Positions 24,867 to 37,473 of a stretch of 63,155 bases of DNA are shown here, piece after piece; positions within the stretch are counted from its first letter, which is position 1, and each line of letters opens with the position of its first letter. Origin of the DNA: Octopus bimaculoides. Its lineage: Eukaryota. The stretch spans positions 21,593,381 through 21,656,535 of the forward strand of contig NC_069000.1 of the NCBI RefSeq assembly GCF_001194135.2, read 5' to 3'. The notes beneath the pieces were generated by a model, which was not told the origin of the DNA, did not search any database, and was given only the letters and a program-made list of their open reading frames with translations. The position numbers and the translations under genes are program-made.

Positions 24867-26500
24867 ATTAGCCCTAGATTCACTTATGCCACATTACCAG
24901 TGAAAATATTTGTCAATTCCTTTCTGTTGGACCTTCCTTTAACTGTAAAAAAGGGTAGTGTGTCTCAAACAGTACATTGCAATGTGTACATAGGTGTACT
25001 GTGGATTTTTTAAACATAGTTTTGGTCCTTGAAAAATCCTTATTGATGATGTTTGAGCATCTTGAATAATTCATAAGCCCAACATATGTGTGTGTGTGTG
25101 TCTGTGTCTGTCCTCACCACTGCTTGACAATCAGTGTTGGTTTGTTTATGTCCTCATAACTTAGGAATTTGGTAAAAGAGATCTATAGAAGAAGTACCAG
25201 ACTTTACAGAAAATAAGTGCTGGTGTCTGTTTGTTTGACTAAACCCCTCAAGGCAGTGCACCAGAATGGCCACAGTCCACTGACAGAAATACATAAAAGA
25301 TATAAGACAAGTCGGATTAATAAAACAAGATAAGCAATAGTTTTCTTTCTTTTTTTTTTTTTTTGATTTTCTCTAAATTTCTAACTTAAAAGTTTTTAAA
25401 ACTTTCCATAGAAGGACATCACTAATGTTTTATTTGATCTTTAACCCTTCAGCATTCAGATAACTGTGTCAATATAAAATAAGTAGACTATTTAGGCCAG
25501 ATATGGCTGATTTAAACATCAAAGGGTTAATATGCCATGAGCTACAAAACAAAAAAGATTGAGAATCAACCAATTTAGGATTTCATTGGGTAAAAACAGA
25601 TTTTAAAAAAAATTATTTTACACCAGAATATGAAGATGTGATAAGTCTCAATTAGGCAGACATTGGTTATTAGATAATGATAATCAATTTCAGGGAGTAG
25701 GTTACTGTAAACTTAGTGTTACTCACAAATGCAACCATACAAAAATAATGAAATCTCTCTTACTTATTCCAGTATCATTTTTATTGATCAAGGTGAGTTG
25801 AAAGGTTAAGTTGACCTCCACTTGAGTTAAATATAGAAAGTAAGCTATCAGACAGTTCTACAATTACAGTTCTAGACCAGTTCTGTTTCTATCACTGGTC
25901 TATTGTTCTTCTGCATTGTCCTGGATGTTTTTGACAAACATCACTGTTCAGCAGACTGGTCTGAATTGGGTATGTTATAGCTAAAGTTAGGACTTAAAAA
26001 TTGTGTAGTCTTAGTAGTTTACACAGAAAGGAGTTGACTTGTGTACATAGAAGCTACTTCTCTGATTGGACTGCAACTCAAAAAAAGTATGTGGGAAGAA
26101 TGAGTTCAAATCATAAAAATCCAGATGGCTTATCTCGATCTTAATGTAAATGTATTAGAGGAAGACAGACAAAAAGCAATCAGTCACAGAAAGCTTTGAT
26201 GTGTATGAAGAACATTGTCATGACAACATGGTGTTACAATATCTTAGTTAATTTACAAAACAGAAAATGAGATAAGAATCAGTTGAAAAGAAGGAATTTT
26301 ATGCTTTATCCTGTTTCAAGTATAAGGTCTGTCAGATAGAAAAACTGAGTGTATATTTGAGGAAAGAAAGAAGCTATACTTAATGTTAAAGAGTTTTGCA
26401 AAGTTGAAAGTATAATCATATACTGAACTTACTAAAGTGATAGCAACTGATGAAATAAATATACATAACTGTATATTTGTAGGTATATATACATATATAT

Positions 26501-26882
26501 GTGGAGGCGCAATGGCCCAGTGGTTAGGGCAGTGGACTCATGGTCATAAGATCGCGGTTTCGATTCCCAGACCGGGCGTTGTGAGTGTTTATTGAGCGAA
26601 AACCCCTAAAGCTCCACAAGGCTCCGGCAGGGGATGGTGGCGAACCCTGCTGTACTCTTCCACCACAACTTTCTCTCACTCTTACTTCCTGTTTCTGTTG
26701 TGCCTGTAATTCAAAGGGTCAGCCTTGTCACACTGTGTCGCACTGAATATCCCCGAGAACTACGTTAAGGGTACACATGTCTGTGGAGTGCTCAGCCACT
26801 TGCACGTTAATTTCACGAGCAGACTGTTCCATTGATCAGATCAACTGGAACCCTCGACATTGTAAGCGATGGAGTGCTAACA
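26501..26882 (+). mobile_element. Second full-length copy of the same SINE family
   Basis: Highly similar to 24491-24866. A 12-bp target duplication ATACATATATAT lies at 26489-26500 and 26883-26894. Confidence 0.9.
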
Positions 26883-27460
26883 ATACATATATATAGAGAG
26901 AGGTTTATATTGGAAACTGTGTTATTCTCATGAGACATGAACATTTACAAAAAGAAGGTGTTGGAGTGTTATATTTCAAGTAACTGGAGACTAGTAAATC
27001 CAGCCTGAACTGTTATATGTGAGACAAAATTGCTGAGTAAAGTGCTAAATTGAAGGACCCAAAGGTAGTAATGTGGGACTTTAACAATGAATCACTTGTT
27101 GAATTGCAACACAAACACCAAATAAGATTATCCCTTTCTATTTCATTACATAATTACAATAATTATTTTACTTAAGCAGTTAATAAATGCAGGAAAATTT
27201 TCTCAACATTCAGGGCACAGGTGTAGTTGTGTGTAGCACGCCAAGTGAAATGCTTAGCGGTATTTCGTACGTCTTTACGTTCTGTGTTCAAATTCCGCCG
27301 AGGTCGACTTTGCCTTTCATCCTTTCGGGGTCGATAAATTAAGTACCAGTTACGCACTGGAGTCGATATAATCGACTTAATCCCTTTGTCCTTGTTTGTC
27401 CCCTCTATGTTTAGCCCCTTGTGGGCAGTAAAGAAATAAGAAGCTTGCTTCCCAGCCATA

Positions 27461-27503
<43 letters not shown>

Positions 27504-29258
27504 ATATATATATATATATATATATAAACACACCAACACCAGTTGTCAAGCAGTAGTGGGGGCAAATACATACACACACTATAGCCTTGTGCTGACTTGT
27601 GAGTGGATGTTGTAGACGGAAACTGAAAGAATCTCATCAAATATATATGTGTGTGTCTGTGTGTAAGTGTTTGTCTCCCACCACTGCTTGACAACTGGTG
27701 TTGGTGTGTTTATGTCCCCACCACTTAGTGGTTCAGCAAAAGAGACCAATAGAATAAGTACCAGACTTTACAAAAAAATAAGTACAGGGGTTGATTTGTT
27801 TGACTAACATTTTTCAAGGCAGTACCCCAGCATGGCCACAGTTTTATGACTGAAACAAGAAATAAAAGATATACGTTCAGACCTAGCTGAGTGTTTAAGA
27901 AGTTTCCTTTACAACCACATGATTTTGAGTATGAAACCACTGCTACTGTGGCCTTAGTTTGCCCATACCTTAAGTATGAAATTTCACAGATGGGAACTGT
28001 GCAGAAGCCTGCTATATATGTGTTTATTGGTAAGGAATTACCAATAAATTGGTGCATAAAACAAAAGTGTCTTGTGGAATCTATTCAATACAAGTTGCTT
28101 CCTTTTGTGATGAAGAGAAATTAACTATTCCATAGAGATTGATAAATTAAATTCCAGACAAAGTACTGGGTTCATTATAATTGACTAAATTGCCTTGAAG
28201 ATAATGCCCCAAAAAACAGCATTTACAAGACTGAAAATAGTGAAAGAATGATATATTACATTGTGGTTGCATGCGTTTTGCTCAACTAACAATAATTTTC
28301 ATCATTGACAGAAGTTATTTTGTTACGAACTGATATAATTTAGAAAAAATATAAAATAAATTCCAGATAAATAAAAAAAGAGGATTTTTCTATTGTTTTA
28401 CTTAGTAAGAATTGATTAAATTTTGGATTTATTAGCATCAGTTTGTTTCTGTCAAGAAACCAGAGGAAATGATCTAGAAATCACAGACAAAACAAGGTGG
28501 ACATTACACTTTTAATGTTTTTTGTGGTTTCATCAGAGGAGAAAAGGCCAACATTTCTGTCATTTATTTTTTCTTTTGTCAGGGCCTCCAGGACTGACTG
28601 GGGAAAGGTAGAAAGTTATCTTAAGACTGGAGATCAGGTATAGATGCTTGTAACAGAATGAACACCACTAAAGACACCCATGGCCCAAGTGGTTATGTTA
28701 AACTGGGTGCTGCCACCCCAAAACAGGAATTTTTGCAGTTTCTAACAAACTTCACTCACAAGTCTTTGGTTGACACAACACTATGGTAGAAGAGACTTAT
28801 TCAAGATGCTACACAGTAAAATTAAATCAAAAGCTATCTAGCCATGAAGTAAACATTTTAATCATATATCATGGTAGATGAAGGAACATTGGTAGGGATG
28901 CACAACAAACTTTCAATGGTGTCAAAATGACCCAGCAATGTCATTATAATCTAATTCTTCCAGGTTTATAACAGAGAAAGTATGCAGTTTTAATAGACTG
29001 TTGTCCATAAATAAAGAATTTGGTTGACATGACAATAAATATCATGTTGTCAAATCCATATGTTTGTCTTAGTTCACAAGTAGGCCACACATAAATCTTT
29101 ACTATAAACAGGGCAAACAGTTGAAAAGGTAACATTTGCTTCAACTTCTAAATAACGGTAATGTCCAAACTAGTTATTATTTCCACGTCTTGAATTTTCT
29201 CTGATTAATAAACCAGGTTATTTGTTTTTTAAAAAAAGCTTTAATCCATGATCCATTA

Positions 29259-31451
29259 CACTGGTATGTATTTGGGAATTTTAAAAAATTTTTATTTCTA
29301 TTCATGAATGTGATCTTATGTGTTTCTTGGGCTGGTGATTTTAAATATCTAAACCATTTTGTTCTTTCACATAAAGCTTTTTAATAAAATACAAATTAAT
29401 GATTAAAAAAAATGTGAACTTTTAATAAATTGTTACTTTATTAAAATGAAACAAGAAATCATGGAAAAGCATATTCTGCTAGTTTTAAGAACATATGTAT
29501 TCCAAATCAACATGAAATGAATAATGAATCATTAACATCAGATCAAATGAATGTTAAAAAATATATGCTCCTAATGGTTGATTCAAATGAAAGAGGACTG
29601 CTTTGAATTTCGCTTGTGTCGTGCATCTCGACCATCACGTGCCAATGACCAGCAGTAATTCACAATCATACTGACATTCCATTTGCCCTGGTATTAAGCT
29701 TCCATGGTGCAAATATCTGGATAGAATCACTCTCCTTGTTCCTCACTGTAGTTTCCACAATTCTCGGGAAAATAGTCAAGATGTGAGTGCAAAAACTGCA
29801 TCTTGACACTCATTCTAGACTCAAGTTGTTGGAAACTTGAAATCAGATCTTGGATCACTTTTTCATATTCTGGGGAGTGGCTATTTCTCAAGAAGTTTTG
29901 GACCATCTGCTTGAAGGAAAACCATTCACCTCAATACCTGCTAATGCTTCTTCAAAATACTTGTCCTTCATCAATTCCCTAATCTGATGGCCAACAAAGA
30001 TTCCTGCTTTTACTTATACAAGGAAACTTTGACTCCAGGTACTTGAAAGCAACTCCATTCTTGTTCAGAGCTTTCACAAAATGTTTCATAAGCCCTAGTT
30101 TGATGTGGAGTAGTGGCAGCAGAATTTTCTTGGAGTCAACTTGTGGCACAGCTTTCACGTGATTTCTGCGTAAGAAACTGGTTCTTGGTGGTCAGTCTTT
30201 TTGTTCATAGTGCTGGCTGTCTGCCCTACTACTCCAAAGACAAAGGAAACAGGGATACTTGGTGTATCCTCTTTAAAGATCTAGTAGGAGAGCAATGACT
30301 TTTAAATCACTACAAATGAGAAAATTGTGATCATGGTACTTGATGACAGTTATTAATGTCTTCATATTTCCATAAATTTCTTACATTTAGACACTGTTGC
30401 CAATTGACACAGATGCAGCTGTGTTGTCATTGTAGAGATGAACAGCTTTTAAATTTCTGTTAGAAGAATCAATGAAGAGTCTCCGTTCATCTACTTTGTA
30501 TGACATCCCATGTGTTCAATAAGGCTAGAAATATTTGAGCAGTAAACTAAGGAATCCTGTTTCTCAAAGAACTCAGTGAATTCCACCTCACAATGATGGC
30601 ACCAAGCAAATGTTGTTCCAGGAACTAGAAACCTGTGTCCCTTCAGTCTAGATCTAGAGTAAAGTTACTGTGCACTTTCGTTTGGAAGGTTAAGGTCTCT
30701 CACCAAGTCACTTAGCTCAACTTGGTTGAAAAGTTTGGGATCGTCATTTGTTGGTGGTTCATAGTCTACTTCGATCTCTTTTGTACCACCAGTATCAGAC
30801 TCTGATGAAATTTTCCATGTCTCAGATGGCACAGGTACAGAAATACCATCTGAGTGTGGAACAAGCCTTATTGCTGATGGAATATTTAGGTATATAATGT
30901 GATCCTTAGTCTTGTTGAATCCAGCTATTTTAGTCATACAGAAGTATCAGTCGTCATAATAGTTCATCTACTTTCGCCATGCCATTGGTACTCTAAAGGG
31001 TATACATTTCAGTTTTCCAACTGACCACATTTAGAGCTTACTAATGCAACTCTTGCAAGCTCTGTGAGGTGCAAATGCCTTGTCCTGGTCTCTCAACCTT
31101 GCAGCCAAAATAAGCTAAGTAGCAGCGCTTCAACAAAGGAGTAATATATTGCTCTGGGAATCCGAAGGGGTAAATTACCTGCAGACATAGCAAAATATGG
31201 CTGGTGAATTTATGCAGCCTCTAGATATTTTCACTAAAAAAAAAAAAAATTAGATTTAATATTTAAGTCAATATAAGGTAAGCATTTTCATTGGTATACG
31301 TATATTATACAAAGAGAAAAGTAACGTTTCTGTATAACTTGAGAACCTGATGTAAAAGAGATGAGTAGAAAATACTTTGAATCACTATTTTTAAAATATA
31401 TTTTGAAAAAGATACCATACAATCAATAAAGAAAACCCATGCAGACCAGTG
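29259..31451 (-). mobile_element. Full-length (2193 bp) decayed DNA transposon, most likely Chapaev3 (CMC group, RAG1/Transib-related transposase)
   Basis: Termini CACTGGT...ACCAGTG with TTA duplicated at 29256-29258 and 31452-31454. Encloses the transposase remnant listed next. Confidence 0.8.
29583..31228 (-). pseudogene. Disrupted Chapaev3-type transposase
   Basis: Minus-strand motifs in order: SRGCINSPAIFCYVC; LNIPSAIRLVPHS; ELSDLVRDLNL; RLFIDSS..NLKAVHLYN; ICSDLKV; YTKYPCFLCLWSSR; LLPLHIKLGLMKHFVKAL; GIFVGHQIREL; FLHSHLDYFPENCG..SEEQGE; YQGKWNVSMIVNYCW. The start is decayed to ATA at 31228, and there are several stops and frameshifts. Confidence 0.85.
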
Positions 31452-34400
31452 TTATTAAGCTGCACCCTCTTTTTATCACTTCTTACCATTATTTCAACAG
31501 AATTTGCCCTTATTTTCACTTCAGACTTAGTTGCACAAAATCACAGGTATTCCTTCATTCCAAGGATTATCATCCTGTAGAATTCCTTTTGCCTTTCTCA
31601 CATTCCATCTATTGACTTCAGATCAGTACTTCCATGAACTATGGTGAGTGTTCTCACAAGCTATTCCTCTCCTCCTATATGGAAATACACACACATGCTT
31701 TTATACACAGGTACATAACAAATATGCCTCCAGCTCATGTCAAACAAGAATGGTGAATTGATTTACTAGAGTTAACAATCAAATCAGCTTCAAATCACAC
31801 CCTAACATATTTAAAAAGAAGGAAGACATGTATCTAGGAAAATGTAGTCCTGGATACACTACATTTTGAAAAATGTGATGGTTACAGCTCAATTAGAGTT
31901 GACCAAGGGTTAAACAACATACACTAGCTCAAAAATTCAAACACACAGTATAACTAAATTTTACACGGCTTACTAAAGTTACCATTTTTTTAAGAAATGA
32001 CATGGCAATGAATACAGAAACCAGAGAAATTTTCTTAAACCTTTAATTTGAATCTAGAGAAACTTTCTGGTGTGGTTTAAGCCCTGATTAACCATATTCA
32101 AGCAAATATACACTCTTTCTAACTATGACACTCCACCCACCCAGACATAGAGTTCTTGAGAAAACATTAATCTAACTGTTTCGTCTTCTTTTATAAAGCA
32201 AAATGGTTTATAGACATATTGTATCAGTTACAGAAGTCAACTGATGCTTTATTTTTATCTATCTTGAAGGGATGAAAGGTAGAGCTGACTTCAGTGGCAT
32301 TTGAATTCAGTATATGAAAAAAAACAAAAAAAACTATCAATAAATACCATAAGTATTTTGTACAACACTAATGATTCTGTTAGTTTACCAATTTGAGTGT
32401 AATTTGATTCCCACATCTAGCAGCTTGAGCTACTTTATGGAGACTCCCTCAACATAAACAAGACACCAAGAAGACAACCCAAACACTCAGTCTGCAAGAA
32501 TAGCAGCCAAATTTCCCACGAATCCTATAATGGTAGCTTTAAAAAAAATGGAAGAATATATTAGATAATGTGGTTCTATATACATGTATAAAAGACATGA
32601 TGGTTATGGGCTGGAATTCCCTCACTTATAGGTTTATGTGATTAGGCCTAACGAGAGACTAAGCAAGAACTCGAGAGTTTCAAACCAAGGAAGGAACCTC
32701 TAAGTGGTTGATTGAACAGCTAGAAATAGCAGCCAGGTTTCATTCAAATCATTTTAAAGAGAATACAATAAGTAATGTAGTCCTAGATATATTAAGTTTG
32801 AATAAAAGACGAGACGGTCACGGCTGTAATGCATCTGATCATATGTCGACTTGATTAGAGTTGAGCAAGAGCTAAGCAACCACAACAGGAACCCTTCAGC
32901 TGGTCGCTCAAACAGCCAAGATAGCACCCAAATCACACTCGACTGCATTTTAAAAGGACACATTCGAAAATGTAGTCCTAGATATATTAAGTCTGAAGCG
33001 AAGACGAAATAGCCAAGTTTGGAATATCTTTGATCATAAAGCCTACTCAATTTAAATCAAACCCTCTACGTAAAAGATAATAAAAAATCTTTTATAACAG
33101 TTGTTAGAAAAACCAAAGAACACCGACAAGCAGATGTGAATTGAGATAGCAGACTTGCGTAGAAATACATACGCTGATAACAGTGATCGCGATTGCGACT
33201 GATTAAAATTAAACTGCAAAGAATAAAATGAGAACAAGAATCAAGATCGGTGGTAAGGCTTCAAACTCATTCAGTTATCACATTCGAATCTCCTGCATTG
33301 ATATTTTCAACGACCTAACCACTTAGACAAAATATCCAGGTGATGTTTAAGTTTTAGTAACAGACCCGAAAGGTGGTTAACTCACATTTCAAGGATCGGT
33401 TACTAAATGGAAAATTTCTATTTTTCCAATAGGTTAATTCTTTCCCAACAATTTTGCTAATTTAGTCGCAAAAATGTTTTACGTCATAGCGAGTGACAAA
33501 ACTGTTAATTTAGTTCAATACAAGCGTAGCAGAAAAGCCAAGTTGCACCTTGTAATAAATCTAATTCTTAGATATGAATCCTATAGTGTGAGTACAGGAG
33601 CTCCTAACTTGGTCAGATCGGCCGAAAGAGGCAGCTATGGTTCTTTTCTTTTTTTTTTCCGAAGGATCACTTAAAGCACAAAAGGGTGGAGGACCAAACA
33701 GCTTTTTTTTTCATGTCTGTATCAATCATTCGAGGATATAAAAACCACACTTCCCATTCGTGATTTTTAAGACGGCAGAGTAAGTGAAAAAAAAAAATTA
33801 TATATATATATATATATATTAAAAATACGTGAGTCGTACTAGTCATTCGGCCATCTAATCTGGGAGCTATTCAACAACGTCTCCTGGTTATTACATAACG
33901 AATCCGTCAAAATGTGTTTTAGTTTTATAACTAATGTTTTCTTGCAACGAAAACAATGCTGCAGGTTTCTAGGAAATGATAAACGAAAAGAAAGTTATCA
34001 CTGTTGCACAAGTGAAATGAAATGCTTACAATTGGGGAAAAGAAACCTAAACTCCAAACTCAGGATCTCTATGAGTTTTATTCACAAGCCTCTGAGTGGG
34101 TGCTCGGTTTACTAAAAATATCAGCCAAAGCTTCCTTAAATAATACTCTGCATTGGATAATGTGGCCATAGATGCACCGTGCATAGGAAAAAGCAAGGAG
34201 GATCACGACTGGAATGCCTTCGATCATAGGGTCTGCTCCATCAGGGCTGACCTGGGTCTAAGCAGCAGCAACGCACGTCTTTATAAAATAATGATTTATA
34301 TCTAAGGTTAGTATAGGGATTGAATCGATGTAGAATGATATTGGTGCGAGAGGGACAAATAGACGACTGAGTATTATAATTTAAAAAAACGAAACAAAAA

Positions 34401-35488
34401 AGGAACCATGTAGTTGGGAAGCAAACTTCTCGACCACATAGCCATAAAGGCTATCTTCCTTTTTAACCAATTTTCAGATCTTGACATTATGGAATGTTAA
34501 TCAACTGAGCTGTTCTCTCTTCTAGGGAGAGGTTAGCCTGTCCCTGGGTTGTCATAAAGAACAATCCTGGTCGAAAACACATTATATCAAAGACATTCCA
34601 GGCATGACCATTTCATTTCATTTACATCGGACTATGTTATCTAACATGCCATTTTTTTTAAAGACGATAAGGTGTGATTTGAGATTTGGTTGCTATGTCT
34701 AACAGGTCGAACGATCATGTAGTTTTCCTCGTTGACTCGAATTTTTTTTAGCGTAGGTGTGGAATGAAACCAGATTGTCTGGTTATGCAATAAATATATC
34801 GATCAGACTGACCGAGCTAAAGAGACAAATAACTATGATTACAATGGACCGACCACAAAATAGTTAATAAATCGTATTCTCTTGACCAGACAGGTCACAG
34901 CCTGTAGATATTGATTCTTTAGTTTTGATGTTTACCGAGAGATAGGGACGTGTGTTCCTGCTATCCATCATCAAAGTCGGTTACAACTGTCTTACTAACC
35001 GCAGGTTACAACTGAGTCCTTAAGTTTCTGACAGTAAGCCAAATAAACTCACAGAGATAAGTAGATATTCGACTCATTAAAACAATGTTTCGCAATAAAA
35101 TTAACGACAAAGAAAGTTTTGTTTTTCCTTTTTTTTTAATGAAACAGTTTCCTTCCACCCATTCATTACATACCGTCTCTTACTCATTCTACATAACCTT
35201 CTTCCCAACTATAGATGACCAGCAACTCATGCGCAGACACACATACGGAAAAATCGAAAGAATAGTTCTTGAAAATGAAATTGTTATTAATATGTTCAGG
35301 AAAAAATCTGTTTAATAAACCGTTGAAATGTGCACTTATCAATCTGTATTTGCTAAGGTTTGGCGAAAAATGTATTGCAGATTAAAGAGACAATATATAT
35401 ATATATATATATAAACAAAACAAACGGAAGCGAACTGGCTCTGACAGAATAGTCTTAAGCCCAGTATTACATTCCTGAGACATATTAA

Positions 35489-35759
35489 CCCTTTCAATGT
35501 CACGTCAGCCTGGTAAGCATGTTTTGAACATCTGTCTTACAGCTTAGGCTAGATTATAGTGGCAGCAAAGTGGTTGAGTGTCGATAGCTGATATATTTAA
35601 CTGGTTCCAAACCTCGATATCTGTTCGAGCATCGATACTCCGCCCCTCATTTTCACCTCTATCTCAACTTATCCGAAGACAACACGATTTCATGTAATGA
35701 AGAACACTGCCATGCAGTAGTAACCGCCGTCACTACTGAGAAATATCGACTGGAAAGGG
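35489..35759. mobile_element. piggyBac-type MITE, second family
   Basis: ttaa|ccctttcaatgtc ... gactggaaaggg|ttaa. Confidence 0.65.
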
Positions 35760-37400
35760 TTAAAGCACGTGAATTGCTGATTATATTGATGAAGTGAAAC
35801 TGGAGAACTGTTAATATGACAAGCCTTGTGCAAAACAAATCCAACCTTCAACATTTGTAGTCTTCGTGCTACGCTGAAAAAATTTCATTAACAACTTGTT
35901 TTTAAAATCTGAATCAAAATGTAGTTTAGTTACGCAAATTTTTATTTATCAATTCAAAGATGTGTTACTGTTTTTTCCTAACCACCTGCTGTTGCAGTGT
36001 TTAAAATAACTATTATTGATTTTTCTCTTTTTAATGCTAAAACTATGAGATTCTTTACGTTTAACAATCTACAATAACACATCTGTGAACAGAACGACAG
36101 TTTTCTTTTCAACATAACATTTATATGTTTTTAATGACAATATGTGGCAAATACCACAGAGTAAGTTCCTAGCAAATAGAGTCTGCAACATGGTTTTCAT
36201 TCTCGTTAGTAACAATTTCACTTGATCTTCCATCGCTAAAGTATTTGAGGCATGAACGTCACACAACTTCTTTCTCTCCTCCATGAATCCGAAGTCCTGT
36301 GCAATGACAACACACATTATGCGACTCTACAAAGTTGGACTTAAGTTTTTTTATCTATGTCGCGATAGAAGGGACTGATTTCGATGAAATATATATTTAT
36401 AATACATCGACGGAAATGAAGGATAAACAGTGACAGTCTGGAGGACATCAAGGAACTGTTGAGTCGATATCTTAAGCTCCATTTATTTTAATGGAAGGAA
36501 AAGAAAGAATAACACCAACATATCCGTCAAAAAACAACAAACAAAAAAACATCTTCGTTGATGTCGATACAGTGAACTTGTAACTTAATTCTTTAATCAT
36601 AACTAACGAAAATGAAACTTATTTAATTTCCTCTTTCCAGTATTTATATCACGGACACAGAACTATATCCCATAACAATTAAATTTAGATTGTAATGCAT
36701 TTTCGGACACGAAGTGTTTGTTTAAATACATTTTGTAAACAATCGAAGCTCAAAGGATTCTCGCGGTGGAATGAATGAAAGAAAAAAAAAAAGTATTATG
36801 TATTAATATATATGTCTATACAGATGTATAACTGTGACAATCAGGAATCTATCGAAAGTTTTAAACGTCACCTGTAATAGTAATGAATTTGAAACGATTA
36901 ATAAGTGAAGAATTAAAAAAAATTCAGAAGATAGCTGAATACGACAGGTCCTTGTTGCATGTGGAGAGTATCTTAACTCTTCCTTTCTCTTTGATGGCAG
37001 AATATATTTTTGAAAAATATATATATACTTAAATACTTATTAATATATTACCTCATTTTAATCAGTTTCTATGTTTTTTTTAAAAAAAGAGAAAATTCGT
37101 GAAGAATACGATAAATTACAACAAAATGAAATTTCTCTTCGCTGAGAAGATTGTTTATACAAGTCAAATTTTCCTTGAAACTTTTACCCTGAAACCAGAG
37201 ATGTTTATAGCACACATTAGAATATAATGAATAAATAAGGAGAATATATTAAACTTTAGTACGAAAATAAATCTAAAATAAAGAATGCTGGCATTCAGCA
37301 ATGCAGTAAGATTGTTACAGTAGGAATATAGGCTAGCCGAGCTGATATTCTATTGTAGACTTGTTTCGAGGCTACGCACGCCGGGTCGAGTATTCTGAAG

Positions 37401-37473
37401 ATGGCGGGTGTTTTGTTTGAAGATATTTTCGACGTAAAGGATCTTGATCCCGATGGCAAGAAATTCGACAGAG
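37401..37473 (+). CDS. POLR2H: First coding exon of RNA polymerase I/II/III shared subunit RPABC3 (RPB8)
   Basis: ATG at 37401 in good context (gaagATGG) encodes [24 protein letters not shown] plus 1 nt, then a strong donor |gtgagt. This is the recognisable RPB8 N-terminus with a phase-1 intron after 73 nt. Later exons were not found in the window. Confidence 0.93.

Noticed and set aside
31622-31643. 22-nt + strand segment with acceptor and strong gtgagt donor
   Set aside because: Not frame-preserving, no partner exon identified, and such signals arise by chance in 60 kb.
36069-36317. 82-aa minus-strand ORF near the POLR2H promoter
   Set aside because: No recognisable domain or splice structure, and its length is within chance expectation.
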